From: Actinomycetales bacterium
GTDB lineage: Bacteria > Actinomycetota > Actinomycetes > S36-B12
Direction: 5' to 3'
Length of the DNA: 64,000 nt
Assembly: GCA_016125355.1 (NCBI GenBank)
Contig: WGLX01000006.1
Location: forward strand, 37,884-101,883
Both the position numbers and the translations under genes were made by a program. The notes under the pieces were generated by a model. That model was given only the letters and a program-made list of their open reading frames with translations, was not told where the DNA came from and ran no database searches. Shown piece by piece: positions 45,939-56,589 of this stretch (positions are counted from its first letter, which is position 1; each line of letters begins with the position of its first letter).

Positions 45939-47926
45939 CAGCCCTCGGCTCGTTCGAGCACCGAGGATGCCCGCACGGACGGCATCGGCAGATTCACCAC
46001 GCCCGTCGGGCCGATCTGGATCTCGGTGTCCATCTGATCGCACACCCCGCAGTCGTAGCAGGGGGTCCAGCGGCAGTCGTCGACCGGCAACTCGGCCAGC
46101 GCATCCTGCCAGTCGTCCCACAGCCACTCGATGTCGAGCCCGGAGTCGAGGTGGTCCCAGGGGAGCACCTCGGTGCGATCCCGCTCGCGCGTCGTGAACC
46201 AGTCCACGTCGACCGGCAGCTCGGCCAGCGCGGATGCCGCAGAGCCCATCCAACGGTCGAAGGAGAAGTGCTCGCTCCAGCCGTCGAACCGGGCGCCGTC
46301 CTGCCACGCGCGGAGGATGACCGCGCCCACCCGGCGGTCACCGCGCGAGAGCAGGCCCTCGACGATCCCGGGCTTGCCATCGTGGTACCGCAGCCCGATC
46401 GACTTGCCGTACTCACGATCGGCGCGGATGGCATCGCGCAGCTTCCGCAGCCGCTCATCGGTGGCCTCGTGGTCGAGCTGGGCGGCCCACTGGAAGGGCG
46501 TGTGCGGTTTCGGCACGAAGCCGCCGATGGAGACGGTGCAGCGGATGTCGCGACGTCCGCTCGCCTCACGGCCCGCTCGGATGACCTCCCGCGCGAGCTC
46601 GGCGATCTGCAGCACGTCCTCGTCGGTCTCGGTGGGCAGGCCGCACATGAAGTACAGCTTCACCTGCCGCCAGCCACCGGCATAGGCCGTCGTGACCGTG
46701 CGGATGAGGTCCTCCTCGGTGACCTGCTTGTTGATCACCTTGCGCATGCGCTCGCTGCCCCCCTCAGGTGCGAACGTCAGGCCGCTGCGGCGCCCGTTGC
46801 GGGAGAGCTCGTTGGCCAGGTCCACGTTGAACGCGTCGACGCGGGTGCTGGGCAGGGACAGCGATGTCTTGCTGTGCTCGTAGCGGTCGGCGAGGTTGCG
46901 CGCCACGTCGGCGATCTCCGAGTGGTCGGCACTCGACAGCGAGAGCAGGCCGACCTCCTCGTACCCGGTCTTGGCGAGGCCGTTCTCGACGATCTCGGCG
47001 ATGCCCGTGATGCTGCGCTCGCGTACAGGTCGGGTGATCATGCCCGCCTGGCAGAACCGGCAGCCGCGAGTGCAGCCGCGGAAGATCTCCACGCTCATGC
47101 GCTCATGGACGGTCTCCGCGAGCGGGACCAGCGGGTTCTTCGGGTACGCCCACTCGTCGAGGTCCATGAGCGTGTGCTTGCGGACCCGCCACGGCACGTC
47201 CGTGCGGGTGGGCGCGATGCGTTGGATGCGCCCGTCCGGCAGGTAGCTCACCTCGTAGAAGGCCGGCACGTAGATGGAGCCCGTGCGGGCGAGGCGGAGC
47301 AGCAGCTCCTCGCGCCCGCCCGGCTCGCCCTCGCGCTTCCAGTCTCGGACGATGTCGGTGATGAGAAGGACGGCCTCCTCGCCATCGCCGAGAACGGCCG
47401 CGTCGATGAAGTCGGCCAGCGGCTCGGGGTTGAATGCTGCGTGGCCACCCGCGATCACCACCGGATGGGAGGTGTCGCGGTCCGACGCCTGCAGGGGCAC
47501 CCCGGCGAGGTCGAGCGCGGTGAGCAGGTTGGTGTAGCCGAGCTCGGTGCTGAACGAGACACCGAGCAGGTCGAAGTCGCCGACGGCGCGGTGCGCGTCC
47601 ACGGTGAACTGGGGCACGCCGGCCTCGCGCATGAGCGCCTCGAGGTCGGGCCAGACCGCGTAGGTCCGCTCCGCGAGCGCGTCGTCCCGCTCGTTGATGA
47701 CCTCGTAGAGGATCTGCACGCCCTGGTTGGGGGCCCCCACCTCGTACGCGTCCGGGTACATCAGCGCCCAGCGCACCTCGACCGCGTCCCAGTCCTTGCT
47801 GACGGCGTTGACCTCGCCGCCGACGTACTGGATCGGCTTGCTCACCGACGGGAGCAGTTCCTCGAGCTGGTCGAAGACGCTGGCCCCCCGGGCATGCCGG
47901 GACGTAGCAAGGGTCGGGGACGTCAT
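45938..47926 (-). CDS. B12-binding-domain radical SAM protein, TIGR03960 family
   Basis: Radical SAM motif RGCTRGCRFCQAG. I trimmed the start to the ATG at 47926, because the rest of the 954-aa ORF runs through rodA in another frame. Confidence 0.75.
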   Translation of the reverse strand: MTSPTLATSRHARGASVFDQLEELLPSVSKPIQYVGGEVNAVSKDWDAVEVRWALMYPDAYEVGAPNQGVQILYEVINERDDALAERTYAVWPDLEALMREAGVPQFTVDAHRAVGDFDLLGVSFSTELGYTNLLTALDLAGVPLQASDRDTSHPVVIAGGHAAFNPEPLADFIDAAVLGDGEEAVLLITDIVRDWKREGEPGGREELLLRLARTGSIYVPAFYEVSYLPDGRIQRIAPTRTDVPWRVRKHTLMDLDEWAYPKNPLVPLAETVHERMSVEIFRGCTRGCRFCQAGMITRPVRERSITGIAEIVENGLAKTGYEEVGLLSLSSADHSEIADVARNLADRYEHSKTSLSLPSTRVDAFNVDLANELSRNGRRSGLTFAPEGGSERMRKVINKQVTEEDLIRTVTTAYAGGWRQVKLYFMCGLPTETDEDVLQIAELAREVIRAGREASGRRDIRCTVSIGGFVPKPHTPFQWAAQLDHEATDERLRKLRDAIRADREYGKSIGLRYHDGKPGIVEGLLSRGDRRVGAVILRAWQDGARFDGWSEHFSFDRWMGSAASALAELPVDVDWFTTRERDRTEVLPWDHLDSGLDIEWLWDDWQDALAELPVDDCRWTPCYDCGVCDQMDTEIQIGPTGVVNLPMPSVRASSVLERAEG

Positions 47927-47982
47927 GGCAGCCAAGGATACCGGCGGGAGGAGGACCTGCCCGCTCGCGCGGTGGGCAGAGG

Positions 47983-49155
47983 TCAGATGCTCGCGCGAGC
48001 CGCGTGTATTCGGACGTTCTGGAGGAGTCCGATGGCGATCCAGGTCGCCATCATGGACGTACCGCCCGCGGACACCAGCGGCAGCGGAATGCCGGTGATG
48101 GGCATGATCCCCATGGTCATGCCGATGTTCTCGAAGGTCTGGAAGCCCAGCCACGCGACGATGCCGGTGGCCACCAGCCGGCCGTAGAGATCGTCGGCCC
48201 GGTAGGCGATCACCACGGCGCGCCACAGGATGACGCCCACCAGCACGATCAGCACCGTCGCGCCGATGAAGCCCAGCTCCTCGCCGACGACGGTGAAGAT
48301 GAAGTCGCTCTCGTTCACCGGGACGAACTTGCCCTGGGTCTGCGGGCCCTCGAAGAGCCCGTAGCCGCTCCACCCGCCGCCACCGATGGCGATCCGCGCC
48401 TGGTTGGCGTTGTACGCGGAGGCCGATGCGTCCGCCGTCGGATCGATGAAGGACGTCAGTCGCTGCACCTGGTACTGCTTGAGGAACCCGAGCTGGATGG
48501 CCAGCAGGATGCCGATGATGGCGCCGCCGAACAGTCCGATCACCCACCGTGTCCGAGCACCCGAGACTGCGATGATGGACAGCGCCACCGAGCCCAGGAC
48601 GAGCACGGTGCCGGTGTCGTTCTGCAGCAGGATGATGCCGATGGGCAGCAGCGCCGCGCCCAGCGAGAGCAGGACGTCGCGGTCCCGCGGCTCTGCCTCG
48701 ACGTCGCGCTTCTCGGACAGCAGGACGGCCATCATGAGGATGACGGCGACCTTGGCGAACTCGGACGGCTGCAGGGTCATGCCGCCCGGCAGGTCGATCC
48801 ACGCGCGGGCGCCGGCGATGGTCGTTCCGATTCCGGGCGCGAACGGCAGAATCAGCAGTATCACCGACGCGCCGTAGATGATCGGCGTGTAGGCCCGCAG
48901 CCAGCGGTAGTCGATGCGCGACGCGAGGAACCCCAGCACGACGCCGACGGCGATGTTGATGACGTGCCTCTTCAGGTACGACGTCGGGTCGCTCGCGGAT
49001 GCCATGTCGGCGCGGCTCGCCGACCAGACGAGCATGGACCCGAAGATGGTGGTGGCGAACGCCGCGATGAGGAGGATCCAGTCCAGATCGCGCCAGTAGC
49101 TCGAGGACCGCCCCGAGCTCCGGGTAGCGACGTCAGGTGTGAAGGTCGAAGCCAT
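47983..49155 (-). CDS. rodA: Rod shape-determining protein RodA (FtsW/RodA/SpoVE family)
   Basis: Polytopic SEDS protein (...ESDFIFTVVGEELGFIG..., ...TGIPLPLVSAGGTSM...). The ATG at 49155 lies 2 nt after the mrdA stop. Confidence 0.85.
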   Translation of the reverse strand: MASTFTPDVATRSSGRSSSYWRDLDWILLIAAFATTIFGSMLVWSASRADMASASDPTSYLKRHVINIAVGVVLGFLASRIDYRWLRAYTPIIYGASVILLILPFAPGIGTTIAGARAWIDLPGGMTLQPSEFAKVAVILMMAVLLSEKRDVEAEPRDRDVLLSLGAALLPIGIILLQNDTGTVLVLGSVALSIIAVSGARTRWVIGLFGGAIIGILLAIQLGFLKQYQVQRLTSFIDPTADASASAYNANQARIAIGGGGWSGYGLFEGPQTQGKFVPVNESDFIFTVVGEELGFIGATVLIVLVGVILWRAVVIAYRADDLYGRLVATGIVAWLGFQTFENIGMTMGIMPITGIPLPLVSAGGTSMMATWIAIGLLQNVRIHAARASI

Positions 49156-49157
49156 GA

Positions 49158-51296
49158 CTATCCCTGCCTCGAGTTCGCGACGCCGGAGCCGGCGCCCTTC
49201 GGAATGGCCACCGTGCCGTCGGGCCGCACGGCGGGAAGGCCCGGCTGCGGCGCATCGCCGGCGAGCACGCTCTTGCCCGGGTAGACGGACGATCCACGCA
49301 CCCCGAACAGGGCCTCGTAGATCTTGCGGACGCTCGGGCCCGAGGTCTTCGAGCCGGTGCCGCCCTCGGTCACCATCATGACGATGGCGTACTTCGGGTT
49401 GTTGGCCGGCGCGTACGAGGCGAACCACGACGTGGACGCCTTGTTGCCGGTCACCTGTGCCGAACCGGTCTTCGACGCGACGGGGATCTTCTTCAGGGGG
49501 AAGCCGAGGAACGGCGTCTTGCCCGACCCGTCCGTCGTGACCCCTGGCAGCGAGTTGCGCAGGAACTTGATGGCCGACTTCGGCACGTCGACGCGGCCCT
49601 TGAGGATCGGCGGGAACTCCTGGGAGACCGTGCCGTCGGCGCTCACGACGCCCTTGGCGACCTGCGGCTGGTAGAGCTTGCCGCCGTTGGCGATCGTCGC
49701 GTAGACCATGGCCATCTGCAGCGGGGTGACGGTCGTGTCGCCCTGCCCGATCGCGGCATTGAGGGCGTCACCCGCGCGCCACTGGTAGCCGTCCGTGCAG
49801 TTCTCCTTGTCGAGGGCGGTGAAGTAGTCGGCCAGCTTGGGGTTGGTCTTGCGGGTCTCCGGGTAGCCCTGCTCCGCATTGCGGCACCAGGTGTCCTTCT
49901 TCTTCTCCCAGTTGTCGTACTTGAACTGGCGGCTGGCCACCACGCCGGAAGCCTCGCCCGGAAGATCGATGCCCGTGTCGGAGCCGAGCCCGAACGCGGT
50001 CGCGGCCTCGGCGATGGGGTTGGGGGCATCGACGCCGGCATCCGGGCCGCCCTCCTCCTGCCACATCCGCTTCGCGATGCCGTAGAAGACGGTGTTGCAG
50101 GAGACTTCCAGTGCGCGGGTGAGGGAGATCGGCCCGTAGGCGCTGGACTCGTAGTTGTTGAACTTCTGGCCGCCGACCGTGACACTGGAGGGACAGTTGT
50201 AGATCCCGTAGAGGTTCATCTTGTCCTTGGCCGCGCCCGCCGTGCTGACCACCTTGAAGGTCGAGCCCGGCGCGAACTGGCCCTGGTAGGCATTCGACGC
50301 GAGCGCGTCATTGGCCACCAGCTCCTTGTACTGCTTCTTGCTCACCCCGCCGATCCAGATCGACGGGTCGTAGGTCGGGTAGCTGGCCATCGCCAGGATC
50401 CGCCCGGTCTGGACGTCCACGACGACGGCGGCTCCCGACTTGCCGCCGTAGCCCTGCGCCTGCGCGCGGCGGACAGCCGCCAGCAGTTGCGCCTCGACGA
50501 TGGACTGCAGCTTGGCGTCGATCGTGGACACGAGGTACTCGCCCGGCTTGGGGGCGACCTCGTCCACCGTGGACGTGACCCGACCCGCGGTGTCGACGGC
50601 GACGTGGCGGATGCCCGGCACGCCGCGGAGGATCTTGTCGTACTCCGCCTCGAGACCCGTCCTGCCGACCTCGTCGGTGCGGCGCAGCCGGTCCGGGGCG
50701 TTGCTGTCGCCCTGTGCGTTCAACTGCTCCTCGGTCACCGGCCCGAGGTACCCCAGGATGTGCGCGGCGTTGACGTTGAACGGCGCGGGGTACTCGCGGA
50801 TGGCGTCGAGGCTCGCGGAGACGCCCGGGAAGTCCCGGCGCTTCTCCATGATGGTCAGGGCGGTCTGGGTGTCCACGTCCTTGGCGACCGGCACGGGCTG
50901 GTAGGCCGAACCGTTCCAGCACACGGGCGGCGGCTTCGCGCCCTCGGTGCCGCACGGGGCGAGCCGGTCGCGGATCTTGGTCGGCGTCGTGTCGAGCATC
51001 GCGGCGAGTCGGCGGATGACCGCGTCCCCGTCGTCCTTCTCGGCCGCGAGCGTCTGGCGATCGACGGTTACGACGACGGAGGTGCGGTTGTTGACCAGCG
51101 GCCGACCGGCCTGGTCGAGGATGAGGCCGCGGACGGCCGGCTCCACGATCTCGCGCTCGGTGTTGCTGCTGATGGCGGCCTGGTACTGCCGGCCCTCGAG
51201 GATCTGCAGGTAGAAGGCGCGGGCGATGAGGGTGCCGAGGAGCGACGCGACGAGCACGGCGAGGACTAGCAGGCGCAGGTTGGAGCGCTCGCTCAC
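49158..51296 (-). CDS. mrdA: Penicillin-binding protein 2 (elongasome transpeptidase)
   Basis: N-terminal anchor, PBP dimerisation domain and transpeptidase motifs STFK, SSV/SxN-like and KTG(S). Confidence 0.85.
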   Translation of the reverse strand: MSERSNLRLLVLAVLVASLLGTLIARAFYLQILEGRQYQAAISSNTEREIVEPAVRGLILDQAGRPLVNNRTSVVVTVDRQTLAAEKDDGDAVIRRLAAMLDTTPTKIRDRLAPCGTEGAKPPPVCWNGSAYQPVPVAKDVDTQTALTIMEKRRDFPGVSASLDAIREYPAPFNVNAAHILGYLGPVTEEQLNAQGDSNAPDRLRRTDEVGRTGLEAEYDKILRGVPGIRHVAVDTAGRVTSTVDEVAPKPGEYLVSTIDAKLQSIVEAQLLAAVRRAQAQGYGGKSGAAVVVDVQTGRILAMASYPTYDPSIWIGGVSKKQYKELVANDALASNAYQGQFAPGSTFKVVSTAGAAKDKMNLYGIYNCPSSVTVGGQKFNNYESSAYGPISLTRALEVSCNTVFYGIAKRMWQEEGGPDAGVDAPNPIAEAATAFGLGSDTGIDLPGEASGVVASRQFKYDNWEKKKDTWCRNAEQGYPETRKTNPKLADYFTALDKENCTDGYQWRAGDALNAAIGQGDTTVTPLQMAMVYATIANGGKLYQPQVAKGVVSADGTVSQEFPPILKGRVDVPKSAIKFLRNSLPGVTTDGSGKTPFLGFPLKKIPVASKTGSAQVTGNKASTSWFASYAPANNPKYAIVMMVTEGGTGSKTSGPSVRKIYEALFGVRGSSVYPGKSVLAGDAPQPGLPAVRPDGTVAIPKGAGSGVANSRQG

Positions 51297-51399
51297 CGGC
51301 GCCTCCTTCGCGCGCGTCAGCCGGCGTCACGACGCCGATGGGACCTTCGGGGTACGACGGTACGACGAGATGCGGAGCGGGCCGGTTCCGGATGGGGGT

Positions 51400-51945
51400 T
51401 TATGGACGATTTGTCCTAATAATTCCCGCACGATGTCCGTATCTCACCTCGTCGACGGTCACGCCCGGGCGCCGGTAGGCACGACTGCTGCCGTCGGGCA
51501 CGAAGCCCGCCGCCTCGTAGAACCGGCGCCCCCGTGCGTTGTCGGCGAGGACCCAGAGCCGTACGACCGGCCAGCGGGCCGCGAGCCGCTCGACGGCGGC
51601 AGCCAGGAGCACCCTGCCCACGCCGTGCCGCCAGCCGTCCGGATCGACGTAGAGCGCGTACACCTCGCCCTCGGCGTCGCCCGCCGTGTCCTCATCGCGG
51701 GACGGCCCGCAGGCCACGAATCCGATGATCTCGCCGGTGCGCTCCGCGACCAGCACGGTTGCCTCGTCGGTGTCGCGGAGTCTCTGCTCCCAGGCAGCGC
51801 GTCGCTCATCGACGTCCAGTGCGGCCAGCACGTCGTCGGGCAGCATGCCCGCGTAGCCCGCCTGCCACGCCCGCACGTGCACCCGGGCGATGGACGCCGC
51901 ATCGTCGGGCCGGCCCGCCCGGACGACCACCTCGGGCATGCTCAC
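51400..51945 (-). CDS. GNAT-family N-acetyltransferase
   Basis: ...GFVACGP...ALYVDPDGWRHGVGRVLL...ARGRRFYEAAGF... acetyl-CoA binding pattern. Confidence 0.8.
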   Translation of the reverse strand: MSMPEVVVRAGRPDDAASIARVHVRAWQAGYAGMLPDDVLAALDVDERRAAWEQRLRDTDEATVLVAERTGEIIGFVACGPSRDEDTAGDAEGEVYALYVDPDGWRHGVGRVLLAAAVERLAARWPVVRLWVLADNARGRRFYEAAGFVPDGSSRAYRRPGVTVDEVRYGHRAGIIRTNRP

Positions 51946-51964
51946 GGCAGCCGCTGGGCGGTGG

Positions 51965-52477
51965 TCACTCGACGAGCACCTCGGGCGTAACCCGGGCGAC
52001 GAGCCACCGCACGCCGAGGACGACGGGTGGAGCCAGGATGAGCGCGTACAGGACCGTGCTGATCGTCATGCCGGCCATCTCGTCCCACACCACGCGCTCG
52101 CTGCCGAGCAGGGCGTCGAGCGCGGCGGTCCCGAGCACGGCGAAGCCGGCCGACAGGCCCACGATGCCGATGAGGATCGGCACCGTGCGATCCCTCGGGT
52201 CGATGACGCGGCCGGTGACGTAGCCGATCACGACGTAGACGATGGCGTTGACCCCTAGGAGGGTGTCGGCCGGGGGTGCAAGGTCCACGAGCATGCCCGC
52301 GACGAAGCCGGCGATGGCCCCGTCTACGGGGCCCATGGTCAGCGCGATGGCGACCACGACCACCACCACGAGGTCGGGGGTCGCTCCCGGCAGGCCCAGG
52401 CGGCTCAGCAGGGTGACCTGCACGATCGTCGCGAACAGCGTGAGGACGCCGATGATCAGCGCCTGCCTCCACCACAC
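51965..52477 (-). CDS. mreD: Rod shape-determining protein MreD
   Basis: Small 5-TM protein directly after mreC. Sequence and position are typical. Confidence 0.8.
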   Translation of the reverse strand: MWWRQALIIGVLTLFATIVQVTLLSRLGLPGATPDLVVVVVVAIALTMGPVDGAIAGFVAGMLVDLAPPADTLLGVNAIVYVVIGYVTGRVIDPRDRTVPILIGIVGLSAGFAVLGTAALDALLGSERVVWDEMAGMTISTVLYALILAPPVVLGVRWLVARVTPEVLVE

Positions 52478-52479
52478 GG

Positions 52480-53517
52480 CTAGCCGGTCCCGGGGCTCGG
52501 GGCCGGCGACGCGGCGGTCTCCTGCTGCGGAGCGGTCGGCTGGGTCGAGGGCGCCTTCTTGGCCCCGGCCTTGGTGGCCGGCGTCTCCTGGTTCGGAGCC
52601 GCGCTGGAGGTGGCACCGGAGCCGCCGAGGGGCGCGGGTGACGGCGCGACGGGGAGCTCCGAGCTCCTGGCCAGCACCGAGTCACGCGGGTCCACCCGCG
52701 GCGGGCGGGTGACGACGCCGACGACGCTCAGCGTCGAGACGTCGACGTACGGGCGGACCACCGCGGAACGGGTCAGCTCCCCGGGGGTGCCCTTGACCTC
52801 GACGATCTCACCGATCGGGATTCCCGGGGCGTACGGCCGCCCGCCCTTGGACCCGAAGGTGACGAGCGCGTCCCCCTTGCGCACGACCGCGTTCGGGTCG
52901 AGCAGCTGGAAGTCGAGCTGGTCCTGCTGGCCCGTCCCCGCGACGATGCCGATCTCCTCCGTGGTCGCCACGCGGCCACCCACCGCGGACGAGCTGTCGA
53001 CGAGGAGCACCACCGTGGAGGTGCTGGCCGTCGTCTTCAGGACGCGGCCGACCAGGCCCTGGCCGTTGATCACCGTCATGTCCTGCTCGATGCCGTCGTT
53101 GCGACCGGCGTCGATCGTCACCGTCCACGCGAAGTCCTGCGTCGGACCGACCGCGATCACCTCGGCCGGCACGAAGCGGTAGCCCCCGACGCTCGACACC
53201 TTGAGCAGGCCGTCCAGTGCGGCCACCCGGGCCTTGTCATTCGTCAGCGTGTCCAGCTCGCTGCGCAGGCGGTCGTTCTCCGCCGACAGCGTCTCGATCT
53301 GCGTGGCCTGGTCGCGCATCGTGGACCACCAGGCGTTGGCGCTGGTGATCGGCGAGAAGACGGTCGCCGCGCCGCGCTCCAGGCCGCCGAGGATGTTGGC
53401 CCCGAAGCTGCGCACCCCGGAGAACGGGCCCTGGCCGCCGCGCAGGTCGAGGATGAGGAAGGTGAGTGCCGCGACCACGAGAACCGCAAGGAGGATGCGG
53501 GTGCGTCGCGACTGCAT
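52480..53517 (-). CDS. mreC: Rod shape-determining protein MreC
   Basis: N-terminal anchor, coiled coil (ENDRLRSELDTL) and beta-barrel domains with VINGQGLVGRV. The start was trimmed to the ATG at 53517. Confidence 0.85.
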   Translation of the reverse strand: MQSRRTRILLAVLVVAALTFLILDLRGGQGPFSGVRSFGANILGGLERGAATVFSPITSANAWWSTMRDQATQIETLSAENDRLRSELDTLTNDKARVAALDGLLKVSSVGGYRFVPAEVIAVGPTQDFAWTVTIDAGRNDGIEQDMTVINGQGLVGRVLKTTASTSTVVLLVDSSSAVGGRVATTEEIGIVAGTGQQDQLDFQLLDPNAVVRKGDALVTFGSKGGRPYAPGIPIGEIVEVKGTPGELTRSAVVRPYVDVSTLSVVGVVTRPPRVDPRDSVLARSSELPVAPSPAPLGGSGATSSAAPNQETPATKAGAKKAPSTQPTAPQQETAASPAPSPGTG

Positions 53518-53577
53518 GGGACAAGTCTCCCTTGCGCCCGGCACCCGCGAGCGCCGGGACCTGAATCAGGGCACCGA

Positions 53578-54624
53578 CTAGCGGCGCGGCTCCGAGATGA
53601 GGACCTGCTGCAGGGCCTCGAACTCCTCGACGCACTTGCCCGAGCCGAGCGCCACGCAGTCCAGCGGTCGGTCGGCGATGATGATCGGCATCCCCGTCTC
53701 GTGACGCAGCCGCTCGTCGAGGCCGCGGAGGAGGGCGCCACCACCGGTGAGCACGATGCCGCGATCCATGATGTCGCCCGAGAGCTCCGGAGGCGTGCGG
53801 TCCAGGGTCGCCTTCACGGCGTCGACGATGGCGTGGACGGGCTCGTCGATGGCGCGCCGGATCTCCTCGGCGGAAACCACGATCGTGCGCGGCAGGCCGG
53901 TGATGAGGTCCCGGCCGCGGATCTCCGCATGCGGCTCGTCCGGCATCGGGAACGCCGAGCCGATGGCGACCTTGATCTCCTCGGCCGTCCGCTCGCCGAG
54001 CATCAGCGAGTACTCCTTCTTGACGTACTGGATGATCGCGTTGTCGAGCTCGTCGCCGCCGACGCGGACGGACAGGCTCGTCACGATGCCGCCCAGCGAG
54101 ATGACGGCGACCTCGGAGGTGCCGCCGCCGATGTCGACGACCATGTTGCCCGTGGGCTCGTGGACCGGCAGGCCGGCGCCGATCGCGGCGGCCATCGGCT
54201 CCTCGATGATGAACACCTTGCGGGCGCCGGCCGCGTAGCCCGCGTCCTTGACGGCGCGCTGCTCGACCCCGGTGATGCCCGACGGCACGCAGACGATGAG
54301 GCGCGGCTTGGCCAGGTGGCGGCGCTTGTGGACCTTCTGGATGAAGTAGCGGAGCATTCGCTCGGTCGTGTCGAAGTCGGCGATGACGCCGTCCTTCAGC
54401 GGACGGATCGCGACGATGTTGCCCGGCGTGCGACCGATCATCCGCTTGGCCTCGGACCCCACCGCGAGGATGCCGCCGGTGTTGTTGTTGATGGCGACCA
54501 CGGACGGCTCGTTCAGCACGATGCCACGGCCACGCACGTAGACCAGGGTGTTGGCGGTGCCGAGGTCGACGGCCATGTCGCGACCGACGAACGACCCGCC
54601 GAAGCTCGATGACGCTGCAGCCAT
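53578..54624 (-). CDS. mreB: Rod shape-determining protein MreB
   Basis: [20 protein letters not shown] and DIGGGT actin-fold motifs. Confidence 0.95.
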   Translation of the reverse strand: MAAASSSFGGSFVGRDMAVDLGTANTLVYVRGRGIVLNEPSVVAINNNTGGILAVGSEAKRMIGRTPGNIVAIRPLKDGVIADFDTTERMLRYFIQKVHKRRHLAKPRLIVCVPSGITGVEQRAVKDAGYAAGARKVFIIEEPMAAAIGAGLPVHEPTGNMVVDIGGGTSEVAVISLGGIVTSLSVRVGGDELDNAIIQYVKKEYSLMLGERTAEEIKVAIGSAFPMPDEPHAEIRGRDLITGLPRTIVVSAEEIRRAIDEPVHAIVDAVKATLDRTPPELSGDIMDRGIVLTGGGALLRGLDERLRHETGMPIIIADRPLDCVALGSGKCVEEFEALQQVLISEPRR

Positions 54625-54732
54625 GGGGAAGTGGCCTTCCGGTAGGAACGGACGCCCAAGTCTAGAGGCTAGATAACGGCCAGATCACATCGCGCCCGAT
54701 ATATCCCATTCTCCAGCCCGGGGCTGAGGGGG

Positions 54733-56115
54733 TCAGTGCTCGCCGATGCGGGCGGCCCGCTCGACCTCGGTGCGTCGGAGGTAGGCCTCCAGCCGCTCCG
54801 CCACCTCGGGCGTCGCCGACAGGTCGAACGCCATGGTCGCCACGGCACCCAGGTCGGCGCGGTAGTCGTGCCCCCGGCTCTCGAACAGCCCCGGCTTCAC
54901 GTTCGTGGCGAACATCGTGTCCACGAGCGCCTGGGCGTACGTGATGCCCGGCTTCCATGTCATCTCCGCTGGCACATTGCGTCCCCGCGTGCCATCCGTC
55001 GGCAGCCAGGCGGGCCGCTGGAGCAGCAGGTCGCGACGGAAGCGCACTACGGGATCGCCGTCATGCTCGAGGAACCACACCCGCGGGCGCGGCGTGGGGA
55101 CGGGGCTCGGCAACTGCTCCGGGCGATCGACCGTGTACGACTCCGCCGCACAGAGCGCGTGGAACGAGTCCGACTCGACGCCACCGGGCGTCCCGACGTA
55201 GAGCGCCGCGGCGACGCCGTAGTGATCGAGATCGACCGGCCCTTCGGCTACGGCACCCTGCTGGACCTTGGCCCCGAGGCTCTCGCCGTACAGCAGCAGC
55301 CGAGGCTTCCGGTCGCGTCCTCGCAGCTCCTCGTGGATGGCGTCCAGCAGCAGGCGCTGCGTGAGTTGCGCGACCCCGACGCGGGACAAGGACAGGAACG
55401 AGGGCAGCAGTCCGTACCCGACGGCCACGGATGCGCAGTCGCCCCGGGTGAGCACCTCGAGGACGTCCACCGGGAAGGAGTTCGCGAAGCCGCTGCCCGC
55501 GGGCGCCTGGATGATCAGGTGCGCACGGTCGAAGGCGCCGGTTCGACGCAGCTCGGCCATCGCCAGGCCAACGCGCTGCTCCACCGTGCTGGCCGCATCG
55601 ACTCCGACGAACACGCGCACGGGCTCGGCCACCGGGTCCTCCCCGGTCACCTCGCGAACTCCGTCCGGGCTCGTCACGTAGGCCACGAAGCGCGCGCCCT
55701 CGCGCCCGAGTTCGTTGACCGTGACCACCGACCCCGGGCCGCCGCTGACCTCCGGGTCGGCGGGCGGCTGTGCGAACGCGTCATCGAGTCCGCGGCCCTC
55801 CTCCGCGAGCTGCGCCAGCAGCCGGCGCGCGGCGATCGAGCCGGCAGCAGCGACCCCTCCCAGGGCCGCCCCGCCGACGAGGACCGGCGTCATCGTGGTG
55901 ATCGGGCCGGGGCCACGTCCGGAGAGTGCCCGCACGGTGGCCAGCGCCAACCCCGTCTTCAGGCCGACGACCGCTCCGGTCAGTCCGCCGAGGAGGAACG
56001 GAAACGCCGTACGGACCTTCTCCGGCCACGGCACGAGCGTCGGACCCCGCGACGCGAGCGCGACGAGAGACCCGACGGCGACGCCGGTGACCGTTCCGGC
56101 GGCAGCCGCCTTCAT
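54733..56115 (-). CDS. Membrane-anchored alpha/beta-hydrolase family protein (Abhydrolase_9-like)
   Basis: N-terminal TM region followed by ...LLLYGESLGA... (GxSxG nucleophile elbow). The ATG at 56115 lies 2 nt after the ndk stop. Confidence 0.6.
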   Translation of the reverse strand: MKAAAAGTVTGVAVGSLVALASRGPTLVPWPEKVRTAFPFLLGGLTGAVVGLKTGLALATVRALSGRGPGPITTMTPVLVGGAALGGVAAAGSIAARRLLAQLAEEGRGLDDAFAQPPADPEVSGGPGSVVTVNELGREGARFVAYVTSPDGVREVTGEDPVAEPVRVFVGVDAASTVEQRVGLAMAELRRTGAFDRAHLIIQAPAGSGFANSFPVDVLEVLTRGDCASVAVGYGLLPSFLSLSRVGVAQLTQRLLLDAIHEELRGRDRKPRLLLYGESLGAKVQQGAVAEGPVDLDHYGVAAALYVGTPGGVESDSFHALCAAESYTVDRPEQLPSPVPTPRPRVWFLEHDGDPVVRFRRDLLLQRPAWLPTDGTRGRNVPAEMTWKPGITYAQALVDTMFATNVKPGLFESRGHDYRADLGAVATMAFDLSATPEVAERLEAYLRRTEVERAARIGEH

Positions 56116-56117
56116 GG

Positions 56118-56528
56118 CTACGCCAGACCCGGGAAGAACAGGGCGACCTCGCGGGCCGCGGACTCCGGCGAGTCCGAGCCATGGGTCACGTTGTTCTGCA
56201 TCTCGGTGGCCAGGTCGCCGCGGATGGTTCCCATCTCGGCGTTGACCGGGTTCGTGGCGCCCATCATGCTGCGCCACTGCACGATGGCGTCTGGACCCTC
56301 GACCACGGCGGCCACCAGGGGTCCGCTCGTGATGAAGTCGACGAGGTCGGCGAAGAACGGCTTGCCCTGGTGCTCCCCGTAGTGAGTCTCCGCCACCTCA
56401 CGGGTGAGCGTACGCAGCTCCATCGCGGCGATGCGGAAGCCCTTTCGCTCGATGCGGCTGATCACCTCGCCGACGAGGCCGCGGGCAACGCCATCGGGCT
56501 TGATCAGGACAAGGGTGCGCTCGGACAA
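56118..56528 (-). CDS. ndk: Nucleoside-diphosphate kinase
   Basis: [12 protein letters not shown]...NVTHGSDS. The best start is the TTG at 56528, 6 nt after AGGAG, which gives the canonical 136 aa. The ORF track extends to 56576. Confidence 0.85.
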   Translation of the reverse strand: MSERTLVLIKPDGVARGLVGEVISRIERKGFRIAAMELRTLTREVAETHYGEHQGKPFFADLVDFITSGPLVAAVVEGPDAIVQWRSMMGATNPVNAEMGTIRGDLATEMQNNVTHGSDSPESAAREVALFFPGLA

Positions 56529-56589
56529 CGGGACTCCTCGGAGATAGTCGGGCATCGGGCTCCGATGCCGCGCCATCCTATTGCGCCGC

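Noticed and set aside
45905-48187. 760-aa ORF on the plus strand
   Set aside because: It is an antisense shadow of the radical SAM gene and rodA.
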